Source of the DNA: Octopus sinensis
Lineage: Eukaryota
Assembly (NCBI RefSeq): GCF_006345805.1
Contig: NC_043001.1
Span: 23,064,001 to 23,128,000, forward strand
Length of the DNA: 64,000 nt
Reading direction: 5' to 3'
The translations under genes and the position numbers were made by a program. Each line of letters begins with the position of its first letter. The first letter of the stretch is position 1. The notes beneath the pieces were generated by a model, which made no database searches, was not told where the DNA came from, and worked only from the letters and a program-made list of their open reading frames with translations. Positions 26,056-36,800 of this stretch are shown piece after piece.

Positions 26056-27973
26056 AATAATCATCATCATCATCATCATTGTCGTTTAACATCTGTTTTC
26101 CATGCTAGCACAGGTTGGACAGTTCGACCGGGGTTTGAGAAGCCAGGAGGCTGCACCAGGCCCCAATCTGATCTGGCAGTGTTTCTACAGCTGGATGCCC
26201 TTTCTAACGCCAACCACTCCGTGAGTGTAGTGGGTGCTTTTTACATGCCACTGGTACAGGTTCCAGGGAAGGCTGGCAGCGGCAACAATCGGTTGGTGCT
26301 TTTTACATGCCACTGGAACAGAAGCCAATCAAGGCGGCGCTGGCATCGACCACATTCGGATGGTGCTTTTTTGGTGCTACTGGCACAGGTATCACAACTA
26401 CAATTTCCATTTGATATTTATTTTGACGTTGATGTACTTGACTCAATAGGTCTCCTCAAGCACAGCAGGTCATGTGCCACCGGAACAGAAGCCAGTAAAG
26501 GCGGCGCTGGCATCGGCCACGTTTGGATGGTGCTTTTTATGTGCCGCCGGCACAGGTATCACAACTGCAATTTCTATTTGATATTTATTTTAATATTGAT
26601 GTACTTGACTCAATAGGTCTCCTCAAGCACAGCAGGTCACCCTACGATCCAAGGTAAGCCTAGCAGGTCGTTCTGCAATCCAAGGTACTTTGGATGGGCT
26701 GGGGCTATGCGAAAATGGTGCAGGAAACAGCCATGAACTCACATTATTTGTCGGGCCTTTGTAGTCACAGCATATCTCCAGAGATCTCGGTCTTTCGTCA
26801 TTGCCTCTGTGAAACCCAACGTTCGAAGGTCATGCTTGACCACCTCATCCCATGTCTTCCTGGATTTACCTCTCCTCCAGATACCTTCAACTGTTTGGGA
26901 GTGGCACTTCTTCACACATCTCTCCTCATCCATCCACAGTACATGACCATCCAACGCAAACGTCTCTCTTGCATGCCACATCTGATGCTTCTTATGTCCA
27001 GCATTTCTCTCAGGGCTGTCATCCCCAACTAGCTGTGCAACTCAACACCTTGTTAAATACTGACCAAGTAACTCCAGAGTGGTTGACATTGGGTAGGACA
27101 GTGCTGTGCTTGAAAAACATCAAAAGAGGCAATACGGTAGATAATTACAGGTCAATATCCTGTTTGCCACTTATGTGGTAATTATTGACTGGAGTACTCG
27201 CAGAGTCAATGTATGGACATCTGGAAAATGGAGTCCTGCCACATGAGCAGAGGAATAGAGAAGGATGAACTACAAATAAAGTGGCAAGATGTCTGTAATT
27301 CCAACACAAGGTCCAGTCCTTCTTGTAGTGTGGTGACTTATAAGCTTCAATGACCATAAGAGCTATTCCAGCAGTGTGCAGGCTCCTAGCAGGACCTTCC
27401 ATGTTGGACAGGTCAAAGGACAGAGGCCAGACTAATGGACCACCTCTTCCCAGAAGTAAAAGTGAGTTTGCATAGGGCCAAAACCCTGATCTAGAAAAAA
27501 ATAAAATTATAGAAGCACTGATGGCAATTCAAAATCAACAAAATCGGTGAGAGAAATTCCACCTCTACTTAGGGAAATATATGAGATAGAGCTATAAAAG
27601 CAGGGATCCAACTGGAGAGAAGTAGAAAAACAGCCCACAATTGAGAAAAGTCACAAATGGCCTATGTTTCATAGGGAGTGAAGGGCTTATGTAGCCATTA
27701 GGTCTGCCATTAAGTACAGATGGAAAAAAAGAATTTAGTTAAATAGAGAACTATACATAAAAGAATAAGAAAGGAATGAAAGAATAGAAAGAGGGGAATG
27801 TAGTAACTTATTTCAATGTAAGAGTGTGAAACAAAACAAAAATCAATTTTACTTGTAAGGAATGTGGAAAGAAAAACATGTAAAATTTCAAAAAGAAGTA
27901 AATGTTGTCAAGTAATATGAAGCTATAATACAAGTTTCATATATCGGATGAGAAAGGGAATTAACCATACACC

Positions 27974-28022
<49 letters not shown>

Positions 28023-29635
28023 AGAGAATAAGAAGAGGGTAAAAAAACTGCTACTGTTGAAGGAGGGTCAGCAATGACTATACCTTTACACAAACAGAAT
28101 ATTTAGGTAAAGGAAACAGCTAGGTAAGGCTATAATAGTGGAATGGGGAGGTAGTTGGTGTAAATTAACATCAAAATAATAAGGTAAGTTAGGCCTCGAA
28201 AAGAAACCATTTTACAGAATATACTGGGCATATTCTTTTCCATGGTAGCAATACTAGAGAAGAGTCATGCCCTTCACAAGTTTACGGGCCTTCACACAGA
28301 GTGTACTGATACACTTTTAATGACACCCGCTCTAAAGAGCTAGCCATGTCCCTGAAACAACTAAAGGGGCCTCACAACTCTACATCTCTGCTTCCTTGCA
28401 ATCTCATTACAAAGTGAAGTTAGGGGCAAAAAAGACTGGGGCATGAATGAAAATAAAAAGTAGGATGTGTGACAGAGGTACTCAGTATTCAGGATCACCA
28501 TCACCATCACCATCATCATCATCATCACCATCATCATTGTTTAATGTCCGAGCTCCATGCTGGCATGGGTTGGACAGTTTGACACGGAGCTGACTAGCAG
28601 GGGCTGTCTGGACTCCAACTCTCTGTTGTGGCTGGATGCCCTTCCTAATGCCAACCAGTTTACTGGGTACATTATACATGTCACTGTCTCAGGTGTGTTT
28701 ACACAGTATGGTGCATTAAAGCAGCACTAGCACAGGTGCTTTTTAAGTGGCACCAGTACCTGAAAAGACAAGCCTATATGTGTGGAAGACAGCAATTTTA
28801 CATGGCTTGACATGTCTTATCAAGTGTAAAAAATTTTAATGCTGAGTGATGTTCCAAAATACTCAAAGTTAATGTCAAATGAACAAATTGACCCATGAAT
28901 AAGTCTGCAGTACATTTAACATGTTGAATATCATAATTATTTGAATGTAGCAGAACAATAGTCAGAAAATAAAGAACATTGTTAACCTTATTAACAATAA
29001 AATTCCTCAATGAATTAAAGAACAGTTACATTTCAATTTAGTAAATAATTACTACGGCAACATAATTTTTACTGTCTTACAACCATTATTTTACATCAGC
29101 ATATGTGGCTTCTGCAAATTAATTTAATAAAATATGCAATCTTTGCAGCTGAACACTCTTTCTATAATCATCCATGAAACCATAAATCAGGAGTTGCACC
29201 TATTATTGGTTCAGTGGAGGAAATGCACAACTCAAAGGGCTAGTGGAAGTCTTGAGCTGACTATGTGGTCAGTAATACAAAACCTCAACTACAAAATGAT
29301 TGTGCTTCTTAAAATTGATGAAGAAGAAGAAGAGAAGAAGAAGAAGAGAAGAAGAAGAAGAAGAGAAGAAGAAGAAGAAGAAGAAGAAGAAGGTGGTGGT
29401 GGTGTGGTGGTGGTGGTGGTGGTGGTGGTAGGAAAAATACCTTGGGAATCAGAATCCAAGTTCAAAATTTCCCCCAGGACACCTGATGAAGGCTGGAGAG
29501 TATATCAGGCAAAATGTGTTAACAACAAACAAGATAAGGACAAATTTCCATCAAATGTAACTAATATAAATAATGTACATAATTCCTCATCTCTCAAATT
29601 TAGAACTATATATATATACATGTATGTGTATATAT

Positions 29636-29686
<51 letters not shown>

Positions 29687-29911
29687 CGAGAAGGTTTACG
29701 AAAATAAACAAAAGACGAAGGCAGGTTTATGAAAATAAACAAAAGATGAAGGCAGGTGGAGTACAAACAAACAATTGTATTAGTATGGCGCTCAGGAATA
29801 GAAATAAAACAAGTCTTTTATGTTTCGAGCCTACGCTCTTCGACAGAAAGATACACAGAAAAAGAATCAAGGAGAGAAAAAAAATGCGTGCAGGAGCTAA
29901 CGATTCAACAT

Positions 29912-29942
<31 letters not shown>

Positions 29943-29954
29943 ATATATGTGTGA

Positions 29955-30020
<66 letters not shown>

Positions 30021-30494
30021 ATATATATACAGCGATAGAAGACACCAATAAAAGACACCGATAGAATAAGTACTAGGCTTAAAAAGAATAAGTCCTGGGG
30101 TCAATTTCTTTAACTAAAACTGTTTAAGGTAGTGCTCCAGCATGGCCACAGTCAAATGATTTAAACACATAAAAGAAACACACACACACACACATACTCA
30201 TTCACTCACACACAAACACATGTACTTGCCTGGTAAATAATTTGACCCGAGACCATGTGTTGATACTAAAACAATTATGACCTGAAAATGTATATTAACC
30301 ATTACAGAATCATGTAAACACTGTTAACTTAAATATTTTTACTTGATATTGACAAATAATAAATGTTGAAGTGTAGTAAAGAGTTTTTAAATAACAAATA
30401 TCTTTCTTCTATACTGTAATTGTTTTATATACATACATGTATGTGCGTGTGTGTATGTGTGCATGTGTATGTACAAATATGTATATATCTGTGC

Positions 30495-30556
<62 letters not shown>

Positions 30557-30651
30557 ATACCTGCATACATACATATATATACACACACATATATATATAC
30601 ATATATATATACATACATATATATATATATATTATATATATATATATAAAA

Positions 30652-30712
<61 letters not shown>

Positions 30713-31366
30713 ATATATATGTATATATCTTTCTATGTATATATAATATTAATGAGTATTAAAACAATGGCTGTTATGAATGCATGTTTTACAAATCATA
30801 TTACATTGAAAAATTAGGATTTCAATAGAATTTTGATTATGCTTAAAACTTCACTCCATAATTTCTTTACCAAATAAAACTATTAAAAAAAATATGGTGT
30901 TTAAAACTAACTGTCTCCTAATTGAAATACTGAATAAAGATCTTATACAAAGTTCAAAAATTGTGTTACATAATGATAAAATAAGGACTAAAGTTTGAAT
31001 GATGCTTATATTTATTAAAAAAAATATAGAATATGCAAGCCAAACATACCCCAACAAAAATAAAAGAAAATGAAAGTTACAACTGAACAAAAAGTAAAAG
31101 AAAAGCAATACAAAAATAGCAGAACAAAAAAGGGAGCTTCTAAAGAGATAAAAAAGAAAAACTGAAATATTACCAAAAAATAACATTCATAAGTAAGAAG
31201 GGAAAAATATGACATCTCAGTAAAGACAGAAGTTTACAAATATCCAAAATAGTCATTGGCATCTTACCGTCGTCAGATGATGATGCTTTGCCATGGAGGA
31301 TGCTGGCAGAGGAGCTATCTTCACCTCTGCCAACACTTCTGATGGCTTCTCTTCTGCAGACATCAT
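5662..31366 (-). CDS. GDPD5: Copy A: six-TM glycerophosphodiester phosphodiesterase (GDPD5/GDPD2/GDPD4-like), 5' six coding exons; gene continues off the left edge
   Basis: Spliced join 31366-31268, 23110-23007, 14299-14203, 10474-10316, 8826-8733, 5807-5662. All junctions are GT-AG with consistent phases (0,2,0,0,1,0) and there are no stops. The protein has five hydrophobic helices, [15 protein letters not shown] and SPC...AHRGASG, colinear with vertebrate GDE2/GDPD5. Orthology to one specific vertebrate paralogue is not resolved. Confidence 0.9.
6999..7355 (+). mobile_element. Probable Gypsy LTR remnant with primer-binding site (duplicate 48879-49235)
   Basis: TGTAG...CTACA termini (6999-7340) and an internal TATAAA. 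Followed by TGGTGACGAG, one mismatch from the tRNA-Ser(GCT)-type PBS TGGCGACGAG. Confidence 0.55.
8733..8826 (-). CDS. GDPD5: Copy A exon 5 ([31 protein letters not shown])
   Basis: 94 nt, CAG acceptor and GTAAGT donor. Aligns to GDE2 GTAPFLHVGAV. Confidence 0.92.
10316..10474 (-). CDS. GDPD5: Copy A exon 4 ([53 protein letters not shown])
   Basis: 159 nt, CAG acceptor and GTAAGT donor. Aligns to GDE2 LALCHIAVGQQMNLHWLH...LWEDEW. Confidence 0.92.
13520..13747 (+). mobile_element. Young 5'-truncated RTE 3'-end/SINE insertion specific to copy A
   Basis: CpG-rich and ends in ttaaat(gat)n. Copy B shows the empty site attgtacat|tatcaaag (~56053-56069). Confidence 0.82.
14203..14299 (-). CDS. GDPD5: Copy A exon 3 ([32 protein letters not shown])
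   Basis: 97 nt, CAG acceptor and GTAAGT donor. First G completes TGG (Trp) from exon 2. Confidence 0.9.
14502..14755. mobile_element. hAT (Charlie-like) MITE (duplicate 56773-57024; partial copy ~37561-37730)
   Basis: Perfect 14-bp TIR CAGTGGTTCTCAAG / CTTGAGAACCACTG. The 8-bp TSD is not cleanly preserved. Confidence 0.8.
16590..17140 (-). mobile_element. R4/Dong-type LINE fragments: 3' end with (TAG)n tail, next to an internal ORF piece (duplicated at ~58840-59390)
   Basis: [19 protein letters not shown] followed by a short UTR and (agt)n tail at ~16905-16997. Adjacent piece reads [10 protein letters not shown]...DDWVLKLV...RWKSKALH with an internal stop. Confidence 0.72.
19586..19750 (+). 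mobile_element. tRNA-derived SINE head of an abundant family (other copies ~4677-4770, 9140-9300, 15040-15195, 20765-22960 split, 25235-25395, 61830-61995)
   Basis: Recurrent 'gtggtaagaagcttgcttcccaaccacatgg...ggttcagtcccactg...ttgggcaagtgtcttctactatag...gtgagtggatttgg' motif. Confidence 0.8.
20159..20541 (-). mobile_element. Young full-length tRNA-derived SINE
   Basis: Minus-strand head with A box TGGCCCAGTGG and B box GGTTTCGATTCC. CpG-rich. TSD GTCTT(T)AATCACGTAT at 20143-20158 and 20542-20556. Confidence 0.88.
20802..22861 (+). mobile_element. ORF1-only non-LTR retroelement (L1/Tx1-type gag-like ORF1, HAL1-like), degenerate
   Basis: 15-bp TSD AAGAAGCTTGCTTCC at 20787-20801 and 22862-22876. 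Ends at AATAAA. Frameshifted ORF ~21324-22553 with a CX2CX4HX4C knuckle ([14 protein letters not shown], 21869-21910). No endonuclease or RT recognised. Confidence 0.8.
23007..23110 (-). CDS. GDPD5: Copy A exon 2 (TM1; [35 protein letters not shown])
   Basis: 104 nt, CAG acceptor, TG|GTGAGT donor. Matches the GDE2 LYFWWEVHNDYDEFNW motif. Confidence 0.92.
25913..26080. repeat. Compound trinucleotide microsatellite (TAC/CAC/TGC/AAT/CAT)
   Basis: Directly visible. Confidence 0.95.
26060..27010 (-). mobile_element. 5'-truncated RTE LINE: ORF2 C-terminus, 3'UTR and (GAT)n tail
   Basis: [15 protein letters not shown]...[17 protein letters not shown]...DRDLWRYAV is a typical RTE C-terminus. The 3'UTR has a ~166-bp internal duplication (26308-26640). 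The tail is shared with many short repeats in the window. Confidence 0.85.
27016..27255 (+). mobile_element. R4/Dong-type non-LTR RT fragment
   Basis: [14 protein letters not shown]...[28 protein letters not shown]...LPHEQR resembles RT domains 0-2 of RLE-type LINEs. Confidence 0.78.
29319..29430. repeat. (GAA)n-(GGT)n compound microsatellite
   Basis: Directly visible. Confidence 0.95.
29479..29519 (+). ncRNA. Degenerate minimal hammerhead motif in a Penelope-like repeat (~29430-29608)
   Basis: ACAC-CTGATGA-A-GGCTG...CAGGC-AAAAT-GTGT; stem II and GAAA are mutated. Confidence 0.4.
29686..29910 (-). mobile_element. Penelope-like terminal-repeat fragment embedded in (TA)n, with a minimal hammerhead motif
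   Basis: Flanked by TA microsatellites. Minus strand reads TCTTT-CTGTCGA-A-GAGC-gtag-GCTC-GAAACATA-AAAGA. Confidence 0.6.
29814..29851 (-). ncRNA. Minimal type-I hammerhead ribozyme-like motif (variant core)
   Basis: Stem I TCTTT/AAAGA, core CUGUCGA, stem II GAGC/GCTC, then GAAAC. The core deviates from CUGANGA. Confidence 0.5.
30425..30750. repeat. Long (AT)n/(AC)n microsatellite; similar tracts at 2199-2236, 10944-11040, 11223-11360, 17946-18107, 29608-29685, 29912-30030
   Basis: Directly visible. Confidence 0.97.
31268..31366 (-). CDS. GDPD5: Copy A putative first coding exon ([33 protein letters not shown])
   Basis: ATG at 31366 with an in-frame TAA two codons upstream. Pyrimidine-rich CAG acceptor before 31429 (5'UTR part). 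Donor ACG|GTAAGA is phase 0 and matches the next exon. Sequence homology is weak. Confidence 0.6.
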
Positions 31367-32770
31367 GAATTATTTTTTCGGCTGTTTATTAGAAGTAATT
31401 CAGACAGGACTAGTGTATTACACTTAACACTGAGAAAAACAAAGGAAAGAAAACCTTGTCGATTATTTTATCCAAAGACTGCTAGATGCAATGCTGTTAG
31501 ATACACACATCAACTTCTCTCTGATATCATCCTCAGGCTGAATTGATACCGTCTTATAAAGACTGCTTTAAGATTAGGCTATTAAAAGAGAAAAGTGTTC
31601 ACATGTACAGTTTCTCAAGTTAGCATCTGCTTCAAAAGAAGTAAACAGAAAGGCAACAAAAATATACAAACAATATCAAAGAAAAAAATTACACATCCAA
31701 AGACTTAGAAGAGATTTGTGAGAGGAGACTTTAACATATCAGGAAAACTGACAACCTCAACACCATAAAAGTCATGCCATTATATTAATGCGCAGATCAC
31801 AACTAGGAAACTAGACTTTTGAAAGTTTATTTATATTTTAGGACTTAATTACAGGAAACTTGTGTCCCTTGTGTATACCATTATTCCTGTAATTACCCCT
31901 TCATTTAAAGGAACAATGGATGGATTACATTCTGTAGTAAACAAGTATATCAGCAAACACAAAAGCAAGAAGAGGAAGGAGAGTTAATCCTTATAACTAT
32001 TTGTCAGAATTTTGAAGACTAGCTATAATAATTTACCAACTATTTCAGCTGTAGTTAACTGGCATCAATGTTAGGTGGCAGCACTGATAGATTAGCTTTA
32101 TATTTTCATTTTAATAAGAGCTTTCAGAGTGAATTTAAGTATCTTTCAATATTCATCGATAATACATAGAATTATAATGATGATTTAAGTATAATTTGAA
32201 ATTTTCTCCCTAATGAATAAGCATTAATGAACAGGAATTGGGAATAAAAGGAATGATAGGCTAATTCCCCTACAGACACATAGTGTTCACCAAACAATAA
32301 TAATGATTATTACTATGATAAAAAACATTAGCACCCTACTAAGATTTCGATAATTTTCCAGTTTGTAAGATATATATTAGACTGTTCCACCGATGGGTTT
32401 AAAGTATATTTCTATCACATATTCACATACTATGAATTAAAAATAATTACACTAAAAGTATAGAGATTTTTATAATTCCAACAAGAAAAATATCAAAACC
32501 AAGTTGAACTAAATACTCTGAAAAATATGGCAAAGTTTAAAATTATTTATATATGGTACAATACGGAATCCAGGGAAATTGGTATTTGTCTGCATAGGTA
32601 AAGATTAATTCCTAGATTTCATAGAAGAGTTCAAGGAGTAGATTTTCTGTGAGGAGTAAAAGAGTTTAAGTTCAAACACTTGCCCTTCTTTCTACAGAGG
32701 AATTATATAAAAGTGTAATCGCTTTGGTCACAAAATTGCAAATGTAAAATGGAATAAAATGATAGTATGG

Positions 32771-32870
32771 NNNNNNNNNNNNNNNNNNNNNNNNNNNNNN
32801 NNNNNNNNNNNNNNNNNNNNNNNNNNNNNNNNNNNNNNNNNNNNNNNNNNNNNNNNNNNNNNNNNNNNNN
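32771..32870. other. Assembly gap (100 N, size probably unknown)
   Basis: Run of exactly 100 n. Confidence 0.99.
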
Positions 32871-33718
32871 TATCTTTACTAAAAATCTGTAGAAATGATA
32901 GACCCAAAAAGATGTGAGATGAAGTGGCAAGAAAGGATCTTCAGATGCTGGGCCTCAATGAGGAGATGACAAGGGATCAAGACTTGTGGCATTCGCTGTA
33001 CTTCAGAAAACACGTCGAGCTAAGTAAAATCTCAGCCATCCATACATATAGGGATATCCTTTAGGGCCACACCCACACTCCCTTGCTCAGCCAAAAGGTG
33101 CTTGACTTGCAGGCGCCAGTACCATGTAAAATGCACTCATGTTGGTGCCACATAAAATGCACTCATGCTGGTTCCATGTAGGAAGCACCCAGTACATTCT
33201 GTAATGTGGTTGGTGTTAGGAAGGGCATCCAGCCACAGAAACCATGTCAAAACAAACAATTGGAGCCTGGACAACTCTCTGGCTGGCCAGCTCCTGTCAA
33301 GCCATCCAACCCATGCCAGCATGGAAAACAGATGTTAAACGATGATGATAATTACTATACACTACTGACTACCAGTAACATATCAAGCTATCAATAACAT
33401 GACGAGTTTATTCACTTGGTCAGCTGTGATTCTCAACAGTGTAAATAACAGGTAAATACCAGAATCAAATTGGTAAAGAATTCAAAGTATATACAACATA
33501 GACATTAACTGCAGCGGCATTTTTAATGTTTGTTTGAATGTTCAAGGTAAATTAACTTAAATTGTAAATTCAAAGAGTATGAACAAGAAAATGAAATTTG
33601 AGAAGAAAAAAAAGCAAGAATAACTGAGTAATGAAACATGGGATAAATAAGTATAGAGAAAAAGAATAATGATAAATTGACAAAGCTATAAAAAAAAATA
33701 AGAAAGATTAAAACTTAC

Positions 33719-33867
33719 AGGATTTCATCTTCACTAAGTGAATCATACCTAGCATTGAAATTAGAGATATGCAATTTTACGAGATCTTCAACTGGTAGAT
33801 AACTTGTCCCAGTTTGTGTAAAATTGGTGGTATATGCTGAATGATAGACTTTTGAGAACCACCAAAT
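33719..33867 (-). CDS. GDPD5: Copy B exon 10 ([49 protein letters not shown])
   Basis: 149 nt, TAG acceptor and GTAAGT donor. Aligns to GDE2 VMWL...GFQQTSG...HIQRLNLRY. Confidence 0.88.
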
Positions 33868-36800
33868 CTATAAAAAGTGAAACAGAGGACAAAAGGTTAT
33901 TCATAAAATTAGTTGGGATTATATTGGTTTTAAATTTTGGCACAAGGTCAGCAATTCCAGGGAAGGTGGGTAAGTTGATTACATTGACCCCCAGCAACTC
34001 AACTGGTACTTATTTTATTGTTCTTGCAAGGATGAAAGGCAAAGTTGACCTCAGAAGAATTTGAACACAGAATGTAAAGGCAGACAAAATAGTGCTATGC
34101 ATTTTGCCTGGCATGCAAACAATTCTGCTAACTTACCACATTAAATTGGGATTATATTAACTACATATTGGACAAATCAATTATAGACGTAGTAGTTGTG
34201 TTTAAAAGATCTGAGTAGAATAGAAGCCTGGAAAACAAACAAGATAGGAAACACAAGATGCAAATCTTGCCTCAAGGAAGGATACTTTGTCAAAGAGAAA
34301 GGATTTGGGACAATAATAGAAGAGTAGAAACAGCGTATCATAGCACAAGCAGTTGTGTTTAAAAAGTGTTAGAAGAAAAGTTTGGTTTGATGTTTCCAAA
34401 TGTGTCAGAGCTAATATTAAAAAATTACTGCCAACCAAACATCATTAAACATTATGAATACAACATTAGACAACAGACAATACCACCTCTCTACTACAAA
34501 CTATTATATTAGCAAAATCACAAGCTAGGGAGAGTATATTACTAACAGTAGTTGCTAAAAATTTTACATGAAGATAAATAATTTGAAGATTATGGCATAA
34601 AAGGAAAACACTCTAGATTCATGTTATAAGTTTTAGCAATATTAACTACTGTATTTTCCAGCCTAAGAGCACATACACTACTGGTTAGGGTGTTACATTC
34701 AGGATTGTGAGATTGAGGTTTCAATTCTTAGACCATGTTGTGCATTGTTGTCTTGAGCAAAACACGTCATCTCACGTTGTTCTGCGATCACTTCAACACC
34801 TGACACGAGATACATCATGTGCCTGTTCAGGCAACATCGATTTGTTGGAGGGAGTGAGCTAATGTACAACACATACATTAGATCAGTATACACAATCCAT
34901 TTGTGCAGGTTGTTTGGCAAAAAAGCTGAACACTTATACATCATCTTTGACAAGAAAGTCCAGCATTTTTCAGTACACAAGTTAATATATATTGTGTAAA
35001 CACAGTGTAAACATTTCATTCCAAATCCTGCTGCATTTCACATAGAACTTTCGGTCCTCAAAAGTTGTCCAGTATAAGTTGACTATCTTTTTTGGCTGTA
35101 ACTTTTGGTTTGAAAAATTCAACTTGTTTACTAGAAAATATAATAATGTTAATATTGCTAGAACTTTCAATTTTATGTGCAAACTTTTATCCAGGATATC
35201 AATAATGTTTGTAAAGCACTCCCTACAAGGAAGGAAACTATGTCATCTATCAACATATAAATAACAGAAACTAATTGACATGTCAAAACTAGCATATTTC
35301 ATACAGATGCAAATGATAAGAAAACTAATATAAATAAATTTACCTGTTTAAGAGGAATTCCAGTTTTCGATATCACATCAATAACTTGCTTCTCAACTGT
35401 ATAATAATAACGATTTTCCTTGACTGGGGATCGTATATCTATTAAAACATTCTTTCCTGTCAAGTGTGCTAAGTCAATCAATTCTTCCAAAGACATAATG
35501 GTTTGGTTATTGTAGATTTCCTTTGCTTTGTCAGTAAGAGATCCAACTACACCCATTGGATCTTCCTAATATGCAGACAAATATATATAAGAAAATAGGA
35601 TCAGTACAGTAAACTTGAGAAAGAAAATTATCATATAAAATATGAATCTGTTTAGTAAAATTCTTGGCTTTGGGAAGGATTAACTGGTAGAAATTTAAGA
35701 TTGAGAATGTAATGAATATCATGAAGTAAGCTTAAGCATTATTCATTTGTTTAGTTGTTTATTTTATATTTGGTTTTCTAAACTGGCTTAGGTTAGACAT
35801 GTACTTATTTGAGACAGTATTTTATATTCGAATGCCTTTCCTGTCACCAACCTTTAATTATATTACAAGTACAGATGTTATTTTTATATTTCACTACTTC
35901 CAAAATTCAAAGTTATGAGACTTAATGTAAGCACAACACCATATCATTATTCATTTTAATGTTGTTATTATTATTATAATTAATTAATTTAGATAATCTC
36001 ATGCAAAGAAGTGGAAATAACAACTACCCACACATATATATATGTACAAATACTCACACACATAACACACACACACACATGCTCACATACACACGCTCTC
36101 TCTCTCTCTCACACACACACGCATGCACACAGGTTTAAAAATAGTTTCTGTTTATAAAATAAATAGATAATACTTAATCCTGTTAGCATTCAGATTACTC
36201 TGTCAAATATAGTCCTTCCTACTAAATGTACAAGGCCTGAAATCTTGTTGGGGCAGGACTAGATTAACTTAACCCCAATGCTAAACTGATGAGTATTTCA
36301 TCAACCCCAAAAGGATGAATGACACAGTTGACTCATTTTACTAAACAAACTCAGATTCTAAACGATAATTTGAACTCAGAATGTAAAGCCAGAAGAAATG
36401 CTGCTAAGCATTTTTTTCCAGTATGCTAATGATTCTGTCAGCTCACCACCTTATTCTGTCAAATATAATGCTTATTTACATTGATTTGAATTAATTGTGC
36501 ATTATTTTGCAACTTTTAAATTTCAATAATACGATAACTTATCTATGGAATGACATTGTAAAGTAGATGTGAGAGGCTGGATCTGGCCTAGTTAAATGTT
36601 AAGGAGTTAAAGATATCATACAATAAATGATGCAGAACATATGAAATAAATTTAGAACAGACAGCAAATATGCTGGGAAAAATCTAGCAGTAAGATTAAA
36701 GTAAAGTTAAATAACACACTCAGCTGTCTCAGTACTCCAGTCACAAAATTCAATATAACAGAGACACAAGATACCACCCACACATTTTCTGAACTCTAGT

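Noticed and set aside
29134-30051. 305-aa ORF, the longest in the track
   Set aside because: Built from GAA/GGT/TA/TG microsatellites and repeat fragments; no protein-like content.
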